From NCBI GenBank assembly GCA_032718475.1, contig JAUCBJ010000556.1, positions 1 to 43,840 of the forward strand: a stretch of DNA of 43,840 bases. Direction: 5' to 3'. A program made the position numbers and the translations under genes. Under the pieces are notes generated by a model, which had not been told where the DNA came from, made no database searches, and saw only the letters and a list, made by a program, of their open reading frames with translations. This document shows positions 1 through 11,197 of this stretch, piece after piece (position 1 is the stretch's first letter; each line of letters begins with the position of its first letter). This stretch comes from Nemertoderma westbladi (Eukaryota > Animalia > Xenacoelomorpha).

Positions 1-2461
1 GAAATTTTCTCTAAAGCAATCTAAATTGCGCAATGACTAAACTCACTATCTTTAGGGCAGGACCATAATTAAACACTACTCCTCCTAAACCTACTCGGGT
101 TACACTAAAAATATTCCCTCTCTATCTATCCCCTCCCTCCCAACCGGAGGGGGGTTGAGACTAAACTGAAAAACTAATATAAAAATCTAAAGAAAGGCTG
201 AAATAATCAACTAAAGTGACTTAAAAAATCACTTATTCTATCTAATTCTCTCTTTTGGGCACCAAACCCCCAAAATCTAAAAATTTTAACTCAAATTAAA
301 AAAATTTAAGTAGGGAATATTTCTTTAAAAACAATCCCTCACCGGTCTTGAATTTTAAATTTTAAATAAATTTTTATATCTCATTATTATAAAAAAAATG
401 CAACTTAATGAGGTTTGCCCCTCACACTTAATTTAAAAAAAATATGTGAGAGGAAGAAAATTCAATCTTTAAGAAATTTTCTCTAAAGCAATCTAAATTG
501 CGCAATGACTAAACTCACTATCTTTAGGGCAGGACCATAATTAAACACTACTCCTCCTAAACCTACTCGGGTTACACTAAAAATATTCCCTCTCTATCTA
601 TCCCCTCCCTCCCAACCGGAGGGGGGTTGAGACTAAACTGAAAAACTAATATAAAAATCTAAAGAAAGGCTGAAATAATCAACTAAAGTGACTTAAAAAA
701 TCACTTATTCTATCTAATTCTCTCTTTTGGGCACCAAACCCCCAAAATCTAAAAATTTTAACTCAAATTAAAAAAATTTAAGTAGGGAATATTTCTTTAA
801 AAACAATCCCTCACCGGTCTTGAATTTTAAATTTTAAATAAATTTTTATATCTCATTATTATAAAAAAAAAAATGCAACTTAATGAGGTTTGCCCCTCAC
901 ACTTAATTTAAAAAAAATATGTGAGAGGAAGAAAATTCAATCTTTAAGAAATTTTCTCTAAAGCAATCTAAATTGCGCAATGACTAAACTCACTATCTTT
1001 AGGGCAGGACCATAATTAAACACTACTCCTCCTAAACCTACTCGGGTTACACTAAAAATATTCCCTCTCTATCTATCCCCTCCCTCCCAACCGGAGGGGG
1101 GTTGAGACTAAACTGAAAAACTAATATAAAAATCTAAAGAAAGGCTGAAATAATCAACTAAAGTGACTTAAAAAATCACTTATTCTATCTAATTCTCTCT
1201 TTTGGGCACCAAACCCCCAAAATCTAAAAATTTTAACTCAAATTAAAAAAATTTAAGTAGGGAATATTTCTTTAAAAACAATCCCTCACCGGTCTTGAAT
1301 TTTAAATTTTAAATAAATTTTTATATCTCATTATTATAAAAAAAAATGCAACTTAATGAGGTTTGCCCCTCACACTTAATTTAAAAAAAATATGTGAGAG
1401 GAAGAAAATTCAATCTTTAAGAAATTTTCTCTAAAGCAATCTAAATTGCGCAATGACTAAACTCACTATCTTTAGGGCAGGACCATAATTAAACACTACT
1501 CCTCCTAAACCTACTCGGGTTACACTAAAAATATTCCCTCTCTATCTATCCCCTCCCTCCCAACCGGAGGGGGGTTGAGACTAAACTGAAAAACTAATAT
1601 AAAAATCTAAAGAAAGGCTGAAATAATCAACTAAAGTGACTTAAAAAATCACTTATTCTATCTAATTCTCTCTTTTGGGCACCAAACCCCCAAAATCTAA
1701 AAATTTTAACTCAAATTAAAAAAATTTAAGTAGGGAATATTTCTTTAAAAACAATCCCTCACCGGTCTTGAATTTTAAATTTTAAATAAATTTTTATATC
1801 TCATTATTATAAAAAAAAAAATGCAACTTAATGAGGTTTGCCCCTCACACTTAATTTAAAAAAAATATGTGAGAGGAAGAAAATTCAATCTTTAAGAAAT
1901 TTTCTCTAAAGCAATCTAAATTGCGCAATGACTAAACTCACTATCTTTAGGGCAGGACCATAATTAAACACTACTCCTCCTAAACCTACTCGGGTTACAC
2001 TAAAAATATTCCCTCTCTATCTATCCCCTCCCTCCCAACCGGAGGGGGGTTGAGACTAAACTGAAAAACTAATATAAAAATCTAAAGAAAGGCTGAAATA
2101 ATCAACTAAAGTGACTTAAAAAATCACTTATTCTATCTAATTCTCTCTTTTGGGCACCAAACCCCCAAAATCTAAAAATTTTAACTCAAATTAAAAAAAT
2201 TTAAGTAGGGAATATTTCTTTAAAAACAATCCCTCACCGGTCTTGAATTTTAAATTTTAAATAAATTTTTATATCTCATTATTATAAAAAAAAAAATGCA
2301 ACTTAATGAGGTTTGCCCCTCACACTTAATTTAAAAAAAATATGTGAGAGGAAGAAAATTCAATCTTTAAGAAATTTTCTCTAAAGCAATCTAAATTGCG
2401 CAATGACTCTATCTTTAGGGCAGGACCATAATTAAACACTACTCCTCCTAAACCTACTCGG
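1..2461. repeat. Tandem array of a 472-475-bp unit (5 full copies plus a partial copy; begins at the window edge)
   Basis: Unit start GAAATTTTCTCTAAAGCAATC recurs at 1, 473, 948, 1421, 1896 and 2371. Copies appear identical except for one poly-A tract length. The last partial copy lacks 7 bp (AAACTCA). The + strand is A/C-rich and G-poor with several short hairpins. Confidence 0.97.
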
Positions 2462-2644
2462 GGCCAGCTTGCTGGCTTACTAATTTAAATAATAGGCCTA
2501 ATTAAATAATTGGCCTAAATAATCTCGTTCAAATTTTCCAGCTTGTATCGCGATATTCCCTGTGTTTTCGATAAAACGGCATTATGACCCGTATTTCTAA
2601 AGCGATCACAGAGTATCTTTTTAAACGAAAGACTAAAAAGAATA

Positions 2645-3462
2645 CACCATAACCCTTAATACAACAACCATTTTTAGGGGGTCGGAGCCCCCCCCCCCCC
2701 CCTAATTTTTTTCAAATTTCAATAAAATGCTACGAAATTTGGTATGATGATAGATCGACACCTTTTCTTACTGGTGGCCTGGCCGGATTTTTAATTTATG
2801 AGCTATTTCGATACAACAAGCCGTTAAAAATCGTCTATTTCGCAATATTTAGCCACCTCCATCAGCTTTATTTTTCGTCTTTGGAATGAATCTAGATATC
2901 ATTAGAACCGCCTTCATCTGCAGATTCCGAATCTGAAACCCGTTGTAAATTTCACCAAGAACTTCCGGAGATATTATCAAAATACTAAGGTGTAAATTTT
3001 TGTGACGTAAATCGCTATAATTCTAATGTTTTTTTTACTCAATTCTAGAATATTAATTATGGGTAATGAAAAAACAAGATGGAGAGTTTTAAACGCTCAG
3101 CTAAATAATAATTAATATTCTAGAATAAAGACAACAAAACATCAGAATTATAGCGATTTACGTCTCTAAATTTACACATTAGTATTTTGATAATATCTTT
3201 ACCAATTTTTGGTTAAATTTAAAACGGTTTTCAGATTCGGAATCTACAGACGAAGGCGGTTCGAATGATATCAGATTACATTTCAAAGACGTAAAATAAA
3301 GTCTACGGAGGTGGTTAAACATTGCTAAATAGACATTTTTTAAGGGATTGTTGTATGGAAATAACTGAGAAATTGAAAAATCCGGCCAGGCCACCAGTAA
3401 GAAAAGGTGTCGATCTATCATCATACCAAATTTCGTAGCATTTTATTGAAATGTAAAAAACA

Positions 3463-3493
<31 letters not shown>

Positions 3494-3535
3494 TCGGACC
3501 CTCTAAAAATGGTTGTTGTATTAAGGGAGACGGTG
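2645..3535. mobile_element. Palindromic non-autonomous DNA transposon (MITE), Tc1/mariner-type termini
   Basis: Arms ~2645-3060 and ~3108-3535 are imperfect reverse complements around a ~47-bp loop. Termini CACC...GGTG are flanked by TA at 2643-2644 and 3536-3537. A TA TSD is typical of Tc1/mariner. No transposase ORF. Confidence 0.82.
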
Positions 3536-3977
3536 TATATATATATGAATACGATATAATCGCTGCTCATTCTCTTAACCATTAAGATCCGCATGATTTA
3601 AATCACAAGGTCGGCTGGAAAAAACACCAATTTCAACCAAATAAAAAAATAGTAATTAAGAAAACCTTTTCAGTTTGGAACTCATACTTGGGTAAAGTCT
3701 TTTCAGGTCAATTACTTACTATATTACGCAATATATATCAATCTATAGCGATAAAAAGTGGTGAAAGTGTTCCACTTATTTAAACCATTTCGAATTATTT
3801 ATTAAGTAATAAGTGAAGGATTTCTCGAGGTGTTAACTGCTAGCTAACTGCTAGGCTCATATAATAAATGCTTTACGTTATAGCAAAAAATCGATGATAA
3901 ATTTTCGGAAGGTGAGGCAGTATAAAGCTGGTATGATAGAAACATAATTACTTTCATATTATATTATTTATATCCAA

Positions 3978-5882
3978 ATAGATGGATCGGATGAATCGAT
4001 GTACCATGTGATCACATATAGATGGATTGGATGAATCACTGTACCATGTGATCACATATAGATGGATCGGATGAATCGATGTACCATGTTATCACATATA
4101 GATGGATCGGATGAATCGATGTACCATGTTATCACATATAGATGGATCGGATGAATTGATGTACCATGCAATCACATATAGATGGATCGGATGAATCGAT
4201 GTACCAGTACCATGCGATCACATATAGATGGATCGGATGAATCGATGTACCAGTACCATGCGATCACATATAGATGGATCGGATGAATCGATGTACCATG
4301 CGATCACATATAGATGGATTGGATGAATCGATGTACCATGTTATCACATATAGATGGATCGGATGAATCGATGTACCATGTTATCACATATAGATGGATC
4401 GGATGAATTGATGTACCATGCAATCACATATAGATGGATCGGATGAATCGATGTACCAGTACCATGCGATCACATATAGATGGATCGGATGAATCGATGT
4501 ACCAGTACCATGCGATCACATATAGATGGATCGGATGAATCGATGTACCATGCGATCACATATAGATGGATCGGATGAATCGATGTACCATGCGAACACA
4601 AACAGATGGATTGGATGAATCGATGTACCATGCGATCACATATAGATGGATCGGATGAATCGATGTACCAGTACCATGCGATCACATATAGATGTATCGG
4701 ATGAATCGATGTACCATGCGATCACATATAGATGGATCGGATGAATCGATGTACCATGCGAACACATATAGAAGGATTGGATGTATCGATGTACCATGCG
4801 ATCACATATAGATGGATCGGATGAATCGATGTACCATGCGATCACATATAGATGGATCGGATGAATCGATGTACCATGCGAACACATATAGATGGATCGG
4901 ATGAATCGATGTACCATGCGATCACATATAGAAGGATTGGATGTATCGATGTACCATGCGATCACATATAGATGGATCGGATGAATCGATGTACCATGCG
5001 ATCACATATAGATGGATCGGATGAATCGATGTACCATGCGAACACATATAGATGGATCGGATGAATCGATGTACCATGCAATCATATATAGATGGATTGG
5101 ATGAATCGATGTACCAGTACCATGCGATCACATATAGATGGATCGGATGAATCGATGTACCATGCGATCACATATAGATGGATCGGATGAATCGATGTAC
5201 CATGCGATCACATATAGATGGATCGGATGAATCGATGTACCAGTACCATGCGATCACATATAGATGGATCGGATGAATCGATGTACCATGCGATCACATA
5301 TAGATGGATCGGATGAATCGATGTACCATGCGAACACATATAGATGGATCGGATGAATCGATGTACCATGCAATCACATATAGATGGATTGGATGAATCG
5401 ATGTACCATGCAATCACATATAGAAGGATCGGATGAATCGATGTACCATGCGAACACAAACAGATGGATTGGATGAATCGATGTACCATGCGATCACATA
5501 TAGATGGATCGGATGAATCGATGTACCGTACCATGCGATCACATATAGATGGATCGGATGAATCGATGTACCAGTACCATGCGATCACATATAGATGGAT
5601 CGGATGAATCGATGTACCATGCGATCACATATAGATGGATCGGATGAATCGATGTACCATGCGATCACATATAGATGGATCGGATGAATCGATGTACCAA
5701 GCAATCACATATAGATGTATCGGATGAATCGATGTACCATGCGATCACATATAGATGGATCGGATGAATCGATGTACCATGTGAACACATATAGATGGAT
5801 CGGATGAATCGATGTACCATGCAATCACTTATAGAAGGATCGGATGAATCGATGTACCATGCAATCACATATAGAAGGATCG
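3978..5882. repeat. 40-bp minisatellite (GATGGATCGGATGAATCGATGTACCATGCGATCACATATA)n, about 47 copies
   Basis: 40-bp periodicity is directly visible. Some units carry a 6-bp GTACCA duplication. Confidence 0.98.
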
Positions 5883-6000
5883 ACATTAAAATATATAGAA
5901 TATATAGAAAATAAAATTGCGTGATGACCCAAGTTCACGGTCCTCCCTTGAGCTCTATTGAGCGTCTACTGGACTAAATTGAAAATCGATCTATGTCACT

Positions 6001-6122
6001 GTGTCGATCTATCATCATACCGAATTTCGTAGCATTTTATTGAAATTAGAAAAAAATTAGGGGGGGGGGGGGGGGGGGGCTCCGACCCCCTGAAAATGGT
6101 TGTTGTATTAAGGGTTATGGTG
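6001..6122 (-). mobile_element. Isolated inverted end of the same MITE family as 2645-3535
   Basis: The reverse complement matches 2645-2761 almost exactly (CACCATAACCCTTAATACAACAACC...GATAGATCGACAC) and is followed by TA at 6123-6124. Confidence 0.85.
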
Positions 6123-6215
6123 TATATAATTGTAAAAAAAATTATTCTATCACGCCAAACCTTATTCCACTGTGTGCACCATCTGCGGCACTGTTTGTAT
6201 ACTGTACTCTCTTAC

Positions 6216-6356
6216 CCATTAAGAGATTCTTCGTTACTTCAGAAAACCCGAACTTTCTCCGGCGTACATTCTGTAGCTTGCTTACATATTCACACCGAAT
6301 CAACTCTAAAGCCTGATTCAGTGTTGTCTGCTTAACAACATTCCATTTCTTTTGAG
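6216..6356 (-). CDS. Probable downstream exon of the polycystin-1-like gene (segment after TM5)
   Basis: Minus-strand acceptor ATTTATATTTTTAG|CT and donor ATGG|GTAAGA. 141 bp, phase 1 to phase 1, open in the frame set by exon 9836-10063: SQKKWNVVKQTTLNQALELIRCEYVSKLQNVRRRKFGFSEVTKNLLM. A basic helical stretch is what PKD1-family proteins have before the channel domain. Confidence 0.6.
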
Positions 6357-6507
6357 CTAAAAATATAAATAAAATATTTTATTCCAAAATTGTAACATTA
6401 TTCCACGCCGTTAGCATTAACGCCGAGTTGTTATTTAGCACTTTACAACTTTAGAGGACATTACAGCATTGTATTGGCCTGTAAATTTAGTATTGTATTT
6501 GGTGTTA

Positions 6508-6594
6508 TTGTTTACGTGGTAACATATGACGTCGTTAAGTAAAGTCCACTAAGGGGACATTACTTAACACCGTCATTGGATACCACGTAAACAA
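6508..6594. other. 87-nt imperfect hairpin with ~40-bp arms
   Basis: Left arm TTGTTTACGTGGTAACATATGACGTCGTTAAGTAAAGTCC versus reverse complement of the right arm TTGTTTACGTGGTATCCAATGACGGTGTTAAGTAATGTCC, with a ~7-nt loop. Confidence 0.8.
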
Positions 6595-6855
6595 CAGATG
6601 AAAATTTGCCTGATAGCCAGATAGGCCTACTGCATTACCTACTGATAGGCGGGGTATAGCTATTAATAACTATTAGGGTCTAGCTATATTATTATAACAT
6701 GGCTCCAAACGCCACCATAAATATAAGCTAACTTATTTATAACATAATTTATGTCATTTTTACATTATTTATACAGCAACTAATATAATTTGTGCAGTTT
6801 CTATCACTTATAATGTACCTATATGTACAATCATTTCATAATGTTAAAATTTTGG

Positions 6856-7018
6856 AATAAAACTACATACATACTTGTTGCAAAGTACTTTACAGTGTTC
6901 TGATCCTCGTGGCTTTATTTTCACTCATTCACTAACGTTCATTCGTTCGTGTAACAAAGCACTCGGATCATCATACTGTAAAGTGTTACTTTACACACAA
7001 GTATTTAAATAGTTATTA
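6856..7018. mobile_element. Small degenerate inverted-repeat element (MITE-like)
   Basis: ATACTTG..CAAAGTA.CTTTACAGT...TGATCC pairs with GGATCA...ACTGTAAAG..TACTTT..CAAGTAT. No TSD resolved. Confidence 0.45.
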
Positions 7019-7272
7019 CGTACAATAAATATCCTTCACTCTAATTTCCAAAGTTCTTCACTCAGTACGAAAAAAACACTCAATACACTGCCTAAAATAA
7101 ACTGGTTCCAGATTCCATAAATCCAATCACACTTCGCTTCCCGGTACTACCAATATGTTCCGGGTCCCATTTGAACAGTTTTTATGAAAAAATATTTGTA
7201 TGTTTTGTATGTTGTATACGTTGAAAAGACAAATTTGTCGAATAAAAAGAATATGTGGTAATTTCCGATTAC

Positions 7273-8356
7273 GTACTGTACATGGTGGGTAGTAAGTACT
7301 GTACATGGTGGGTAGTAAGTACTGTTCATGGTGGGTAGTAAGTACCGTACATGGTGGGTAGTAAGTACTGTACATGGTGGGTAGTAAGTACTGTACATGG
7401 TGGGTAGTAAGTACTGTACATGGTGGATAGTAAGTACTGTACATGGTGGGTAGTAAGTACTGTACATGGTGGGTAGTAAGTACTGTACATGGTGGGTAGT
7501 AAGTACTGTACATGGTGGGTAGTAAGTACTGTACATGGTGGGTAGTAAGAACTGTACATGGTGGATAGTAAGTACTGTACATGGTGGGTAGTAAGTACTG
7601 TACATGGTGGGTAGTAAGTACTGTACATGGTGGGTAGTAAGTACTGTACGTACATGGTGGGTAGTAAGTACTGTACATGGTGGGTAGTAAGTACTGTACA
7701 TGGTGGGTAGTAAGTACTGTACATGGTGGGTAGTAAGTACTGTACATGGTGGGTAGTAAGTACTGTACATGGTGGGTAGTAAGTACTGTACGTACATGGT
7801 GGGTAGTAAGTACTGTACATGGTGGATAGTAAGTACTGTACATGGTGGGTAGTAAGTATACTGTACATGGTGGGTAGTAAGTACTGTACATGGAGGGTAG
7901 TAAGTACTGTACATGGTGGGTAGTAAGTACTGTACATGGTGGGTAGTAAGTACTGTACATGGTGGGTAGTAAGTACTGTACATGGTGGGTAGTAAGTACT
8001 GTACATGGTGGGTAGTAAGTACTGTACATGGTGGATAGTAAGTACTGTACAGTACATGGTGGGTAGTAAGTACTGTACATGGTGGGTAGTAAGTACTGTA
8101 CATGGTGGGTAGTAAGTACTGTACATGGTGGGTAGTAAGTACTGTACATGGTGGGTAGTAAGTACTGTACATGGTGGGTAGTAAGTACTGTACATGGTGG
8201 GTAGTAAGTACTGTACATGGTGGGTAGTAAGTACTGTACATGGTGGGTATTAAGTACTGTACATGGTGGGTAGTAAGTACTGTACATGGTGGGTAGTAAG
8301 TACTGTACATGGTGGGTAGTAAGTACTGTACATGGTGGGTAGTAACTACTGTACAT
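7273..8356. repeat. 23-bp minisatellite (ACTGTACATGGTGGGTAGTAAGT)n, left part, about 47 copies
   Basis: Direct periodicity. The 23-aa periodic pseudo-ORFs confirm a 23-nt unit. Confidence 0.98.
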
Positions 8357-9039
8357 CGTACCACCTCGACGGACCAGCAGGCGAGGCTGGATGTGTCTGT
8401 GAGCGGCTTCTGGGGAAACCGATTCCAGCGGTCGTTCATCGACGTGTCCGTGTTTAACCCGCTGGCGGCGACGAACGCGGCTATGTCCCTAGACGCAGCG
8501 CACCTCCACCACGAGAATCGTAAGATTCTTAAGTACGAGGAGAGGATACGGGAGGTGGAACATTCTACTTTCGTCCCCCTCATATTCTCGGCCTTTGGCG
8601 GGATGGCGCCGACCACGCGCCAGTTTGTTAAGCGCCTGGGACAGAAGCTCGCGGACAAACGCGAGGTCAGGTACTCGGAATGCGTCACGTGGATCCGGCG
8701 CAAGTTAAACTTCGCGTTGCTTCGTTCCTCCCTGCTCTGCCTTCGAGATTGTATGTAGGTCAGCCTCTAAACGGCCGGTTCATTGTCCAGTGTCTGATGC
8801 CTCCATTCGGTTGGACAACGCCGACACTGAGCCGTAGCCTGGTAGTACAGCGCAGTCGTACAGGCCTACAATAGCTGACCAGTAGGCCTACAACATAAAC
8901 AACCAACTGTTTTGAATTTCCCCCTTACATCCGTATCACTGTACCTCATTGTATAAATCAGATTTGGTGATAGGGTGTAATAGTGCAATTTGAAATCCAT
9001 TGTATCAACTATGTTATTATACTATCATTCTCACCCAAT

Positions 9040-9074
<35 letters not shown>
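8357..9074 (+). mobile_element. 5'-truncated non-LTR retrotransposon with a restriction-like endonuclease (RLE) C-terminus, CRE-clade-like
   Basis: Peptide ARLDVSVSGFWG..FIDVSVFNP..HENRK..YEERIREVEHSTFVPLIFSAFGG..W.RRKL.FALLRS..LCLR fits the RLE domain of metazoan CRE elements. It is followed by a 3'UTR and poly(A) at 9041-9074. 13-bp TSD AACTACTGTACAT at 8344-8356 and 9073-9085. Confidence 0.88.
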
Positions 9075-9076
<2 letters not shown>

Positions 9077-9800
9077 ACTGTACATGGTGGGTAGTAAGTA
9101 CTGTACATGGTGGGTAGTAAGTACTGTACATGGTGGGTAGTAAGTACTGTACATGGTGGGTAGTAAGTACTGTACATGGTGGATAGTAAGTACTGTACAT
9201 GGTGGGTAGTAAGTACTGTACATGGTGGGTAGTAAGTACTGTACATGGTGGGTAGTAAGTACTGTACATGGTGGGTAGTAAGTACTGTACATGGTGGGTA
9301 GTAAGTACTGTACATGGTGGGTAGTAAGTACTGTACATGGTGGGTAGTAAGTACTGTACATGGTGGGTAGTAAGTACTGTACATGGTGGGTAGTAAGTAC
9401 TGTACATGGTGGGTAGTAAGTACTGTACATGGTGGATAGTAAGTACTGTACATGGTGGGTAGTAAGTACTATACATGGTGGGTAGTAAGTACTGTACATG
9501 GTGGGTAGTAAGTACTGTACATGGTGGGTAGTAAGTATTGTACAGGGTGGGTAGTAAGTACTGTACAGGGTGGGTAGTAAGTACTGTACATGGTGGGTAG
9601 TAAGTACTGTACATGGTGGGTAGTAAGTACTGTACATGGTGGGTAGTAAGTACTGTACAGGGTGGGTAGTAAGTACTGTACAGGGTGGGTAGTAAGTACT
9701 GTACATGGTGGGTAGTAAGTACTGTACATGGTGGGTAGTAAGTACTGTACATGGTGGGTAGTAAGTACTGTACAGGGTACTGTACATGGTGGGTACTGTA
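9075..9800. repeat. 23-bp minisatellite, right part, about 31 copies
   Basis: Same unit as 7273-8356, resuming after the poly(A) and TSD. Confidence 0.98.
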
Positions 9801-9835
9801 CCGGTAACTGGCACCGTACACTAATCGATACATAC

Positions 9836-10063
9836 ACTTGAAATATATCCAAGTCGCTGAAAATATCAAGAGAACTTTCATTGGTTCCAGAACAAAAACG
9901 CACGTGATAGAGGCCACCAAAACCGATGTCATCCAATCCAGAGCTCTCTGGTGGGGTAATTGGTATGTGTATCGGACAGAAAGTGCAGTTAGACCCAGAG
10001 AGAGCAACACAGCAATACAGCTCAATACAGTGTTATAGATTGGTCGCAATCTCCTTTCGTGCC
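9836..10063 (-). CDS. Polycystin-1-like exon encoding TM4-TM5
   Basis: Acceptor ATTTCAG|GG at 10064/10063 and donor AAGT|GTATGT at 9836/9835. Peptide (W)HERRLRPIYNTVLSCIAVLLSLGLTALSVRYTYQLPHQRALDWMTSVLVASITCVFVLEPMKVLLIFSATWIYFK fits the PKD1-family W.xS...S....F..EP.KV pattern. It joins the upstream exon in phase (T+GG = Trp) across a 93-bp GT-AG intron (10064-10156). Confidence 0.85.
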
Positions 10064-10156
10064 CTGAAATTTATCGAAATACAAAGAGTAATATATTTGC
10101 AAGTAATACTAATATTTACAACAGTATACTCACTCTGCAATTTATAAATGACTAAC

Positions 10157-11197
10157 ACTTTTTTCGTTGCACTGTTGTTGTCTCATTGTCAAGGTGGTTC
10201 AATAACTCTAGACGTTTCTCAATTATCTTTTTACGTTCCTTTGTAAGACTAGTCGAATAATCTTGTCTTTCCGAGAACTTGCTAATCTGATCTGATCTTG
10301 TGAAGTTCTTATCTTGTTGTTTTTCACACAATAAAAAGGAAATACAAACGAACCAATAAAGTACAAACGCAGCTATCGAGAAAATAAAACCAACAAACAC
10401 ATTCTCACCAGTTATCCGAAACCAACCGACCTCCGTACTATCGTTGTTTCCTTTAGAGTCATAATAAATCCCACAGAAACAGAGGACGCTAGTGAGGAAG
10501 ACTGCAATAGCCTCTATACGTTGTACGCGGGTGAAATTCTTTACGGGTGATCCCAGAGCCAGGGAGTACGTCACGTGTCTAGTGCTCAGAGTCCTGTAAA
10601 ACCGGTGGAAGAAATCCCGTCGCCATGTGTCATCGGACGTTGTTCTAGGGATAACTAAACTCATTTCCCCGTATTTATCCAACGGGTCAGGTTTTATCCA
10701 GTTCTCGAAGTGAAAGAACCATGAATCCTTGTTGTGTAGGTCTGATATTCGTATACGGCTAAGGTACCAGTTCTTCTGTCCACCTTTATGAGCCGCTGTT
10801 GTGACTCTTACGCTTGTAACTTCGCCAATATTGCCGCTAGAAATGAGAACAACGTCCTTGTTTGCTCTCTGGAAGAGGTCCTTACTCTCGTCGGTTATTT
10901 GGAAGCGTTTACTGTTGGATTTGGTCCCGATTAGGGTCAGCCAGATACGCGAGTCGGTGCCAGACCCCCAACCACTCCCTGTGAATATGACAACCTCGTA
11001 GAGATGGCTCATGTTGTCGTACTGGTCGTCGAGTATGGTGGGACGTTGGTAGGAGACCTCGAGATCGCGGTAGTAGGCCAGACAGACGCTATAGAGGATC
11101 AGACACCAGAGAGCACCGCAGGCGATGGATGGCAAGGGGTTCAAAGGTGGGTCTTTGTTGTCTAAGTTATGCGCTATGTTTGTGGTCTCCTGTAATC
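10157..11197 (-). CDS. Polycystin-1-like (PKD1/PKD1L/REJ family) exon: TM1, PLAT/LH2 domain, TM2-TM3
   Basis: ORF 10152-11234 has hydrophobic TM1, PLAT motifs (YEVVIFTG...GSGTDS.IWLTLIG, FQR...D, WYLSRI.I.D, FHFENW), the PKD1 hallmark FTRVQR and two more TM segments. Acceptor TTTTCCAATTTTAG|GA at 11198/11197; donor T|GTTAGT at 10157/10156. Exact ortholog cannot be determined by eye. Confidence 0.9.

Noticed and set aside
73-105. ATP6-like peptide TLLLLNLLGL in the 474-bp unit
   Set aside because: Only about 10 codons bounded by TAA stops even in mitochondrial codes; probably chance in C/T/A-rich DNA.
2529-2632. Possible further polycystin exon (VFRLKRYSVIALEIRVIMPFYRKHREYRDTSWKI*)
   Set aside because: The acceptor is plausible, but the frame ends in a stop with no good donor and only vague similarity.
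3179-3424. 81-aa ORF as a transposase fragment
   Set aside because: It lies in a palindromic MITE arm and has no DDE or HTH motifs.
3878-3927. Possible exon continuing 6216-6356 (ALYCLTFRKFIIDFLL*)
   Set aside because: In-frame stop after 16 codons and no donor; cannot be supported without transcripts.
4470-5886. Repetitive ORFs in the 40-bp array (similar ones occur in the 31-bp and 15/17-bp arrays)
   Set aside because: Translations of tandem repeats with no domain features.
7273-9800. 23-bp G-strand-biased repeat as a telomeric or spliced-leader array (known CRE/MoTeR targets)
   Set aside because: It is interstitial and intronic, does not resemble TTAGGG-type repeats, and the unit is too short for an SL RNA gene with an Sm site.
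7127-9814. Minus-strand MYSTYYPPCTVLTTHHVQYLLPT ORFs
   Set aside because: Artefact of the 23-bp unit, open in all frames. Only 9836-10063 of ORF 9075-10049 looks like real coding sequence.
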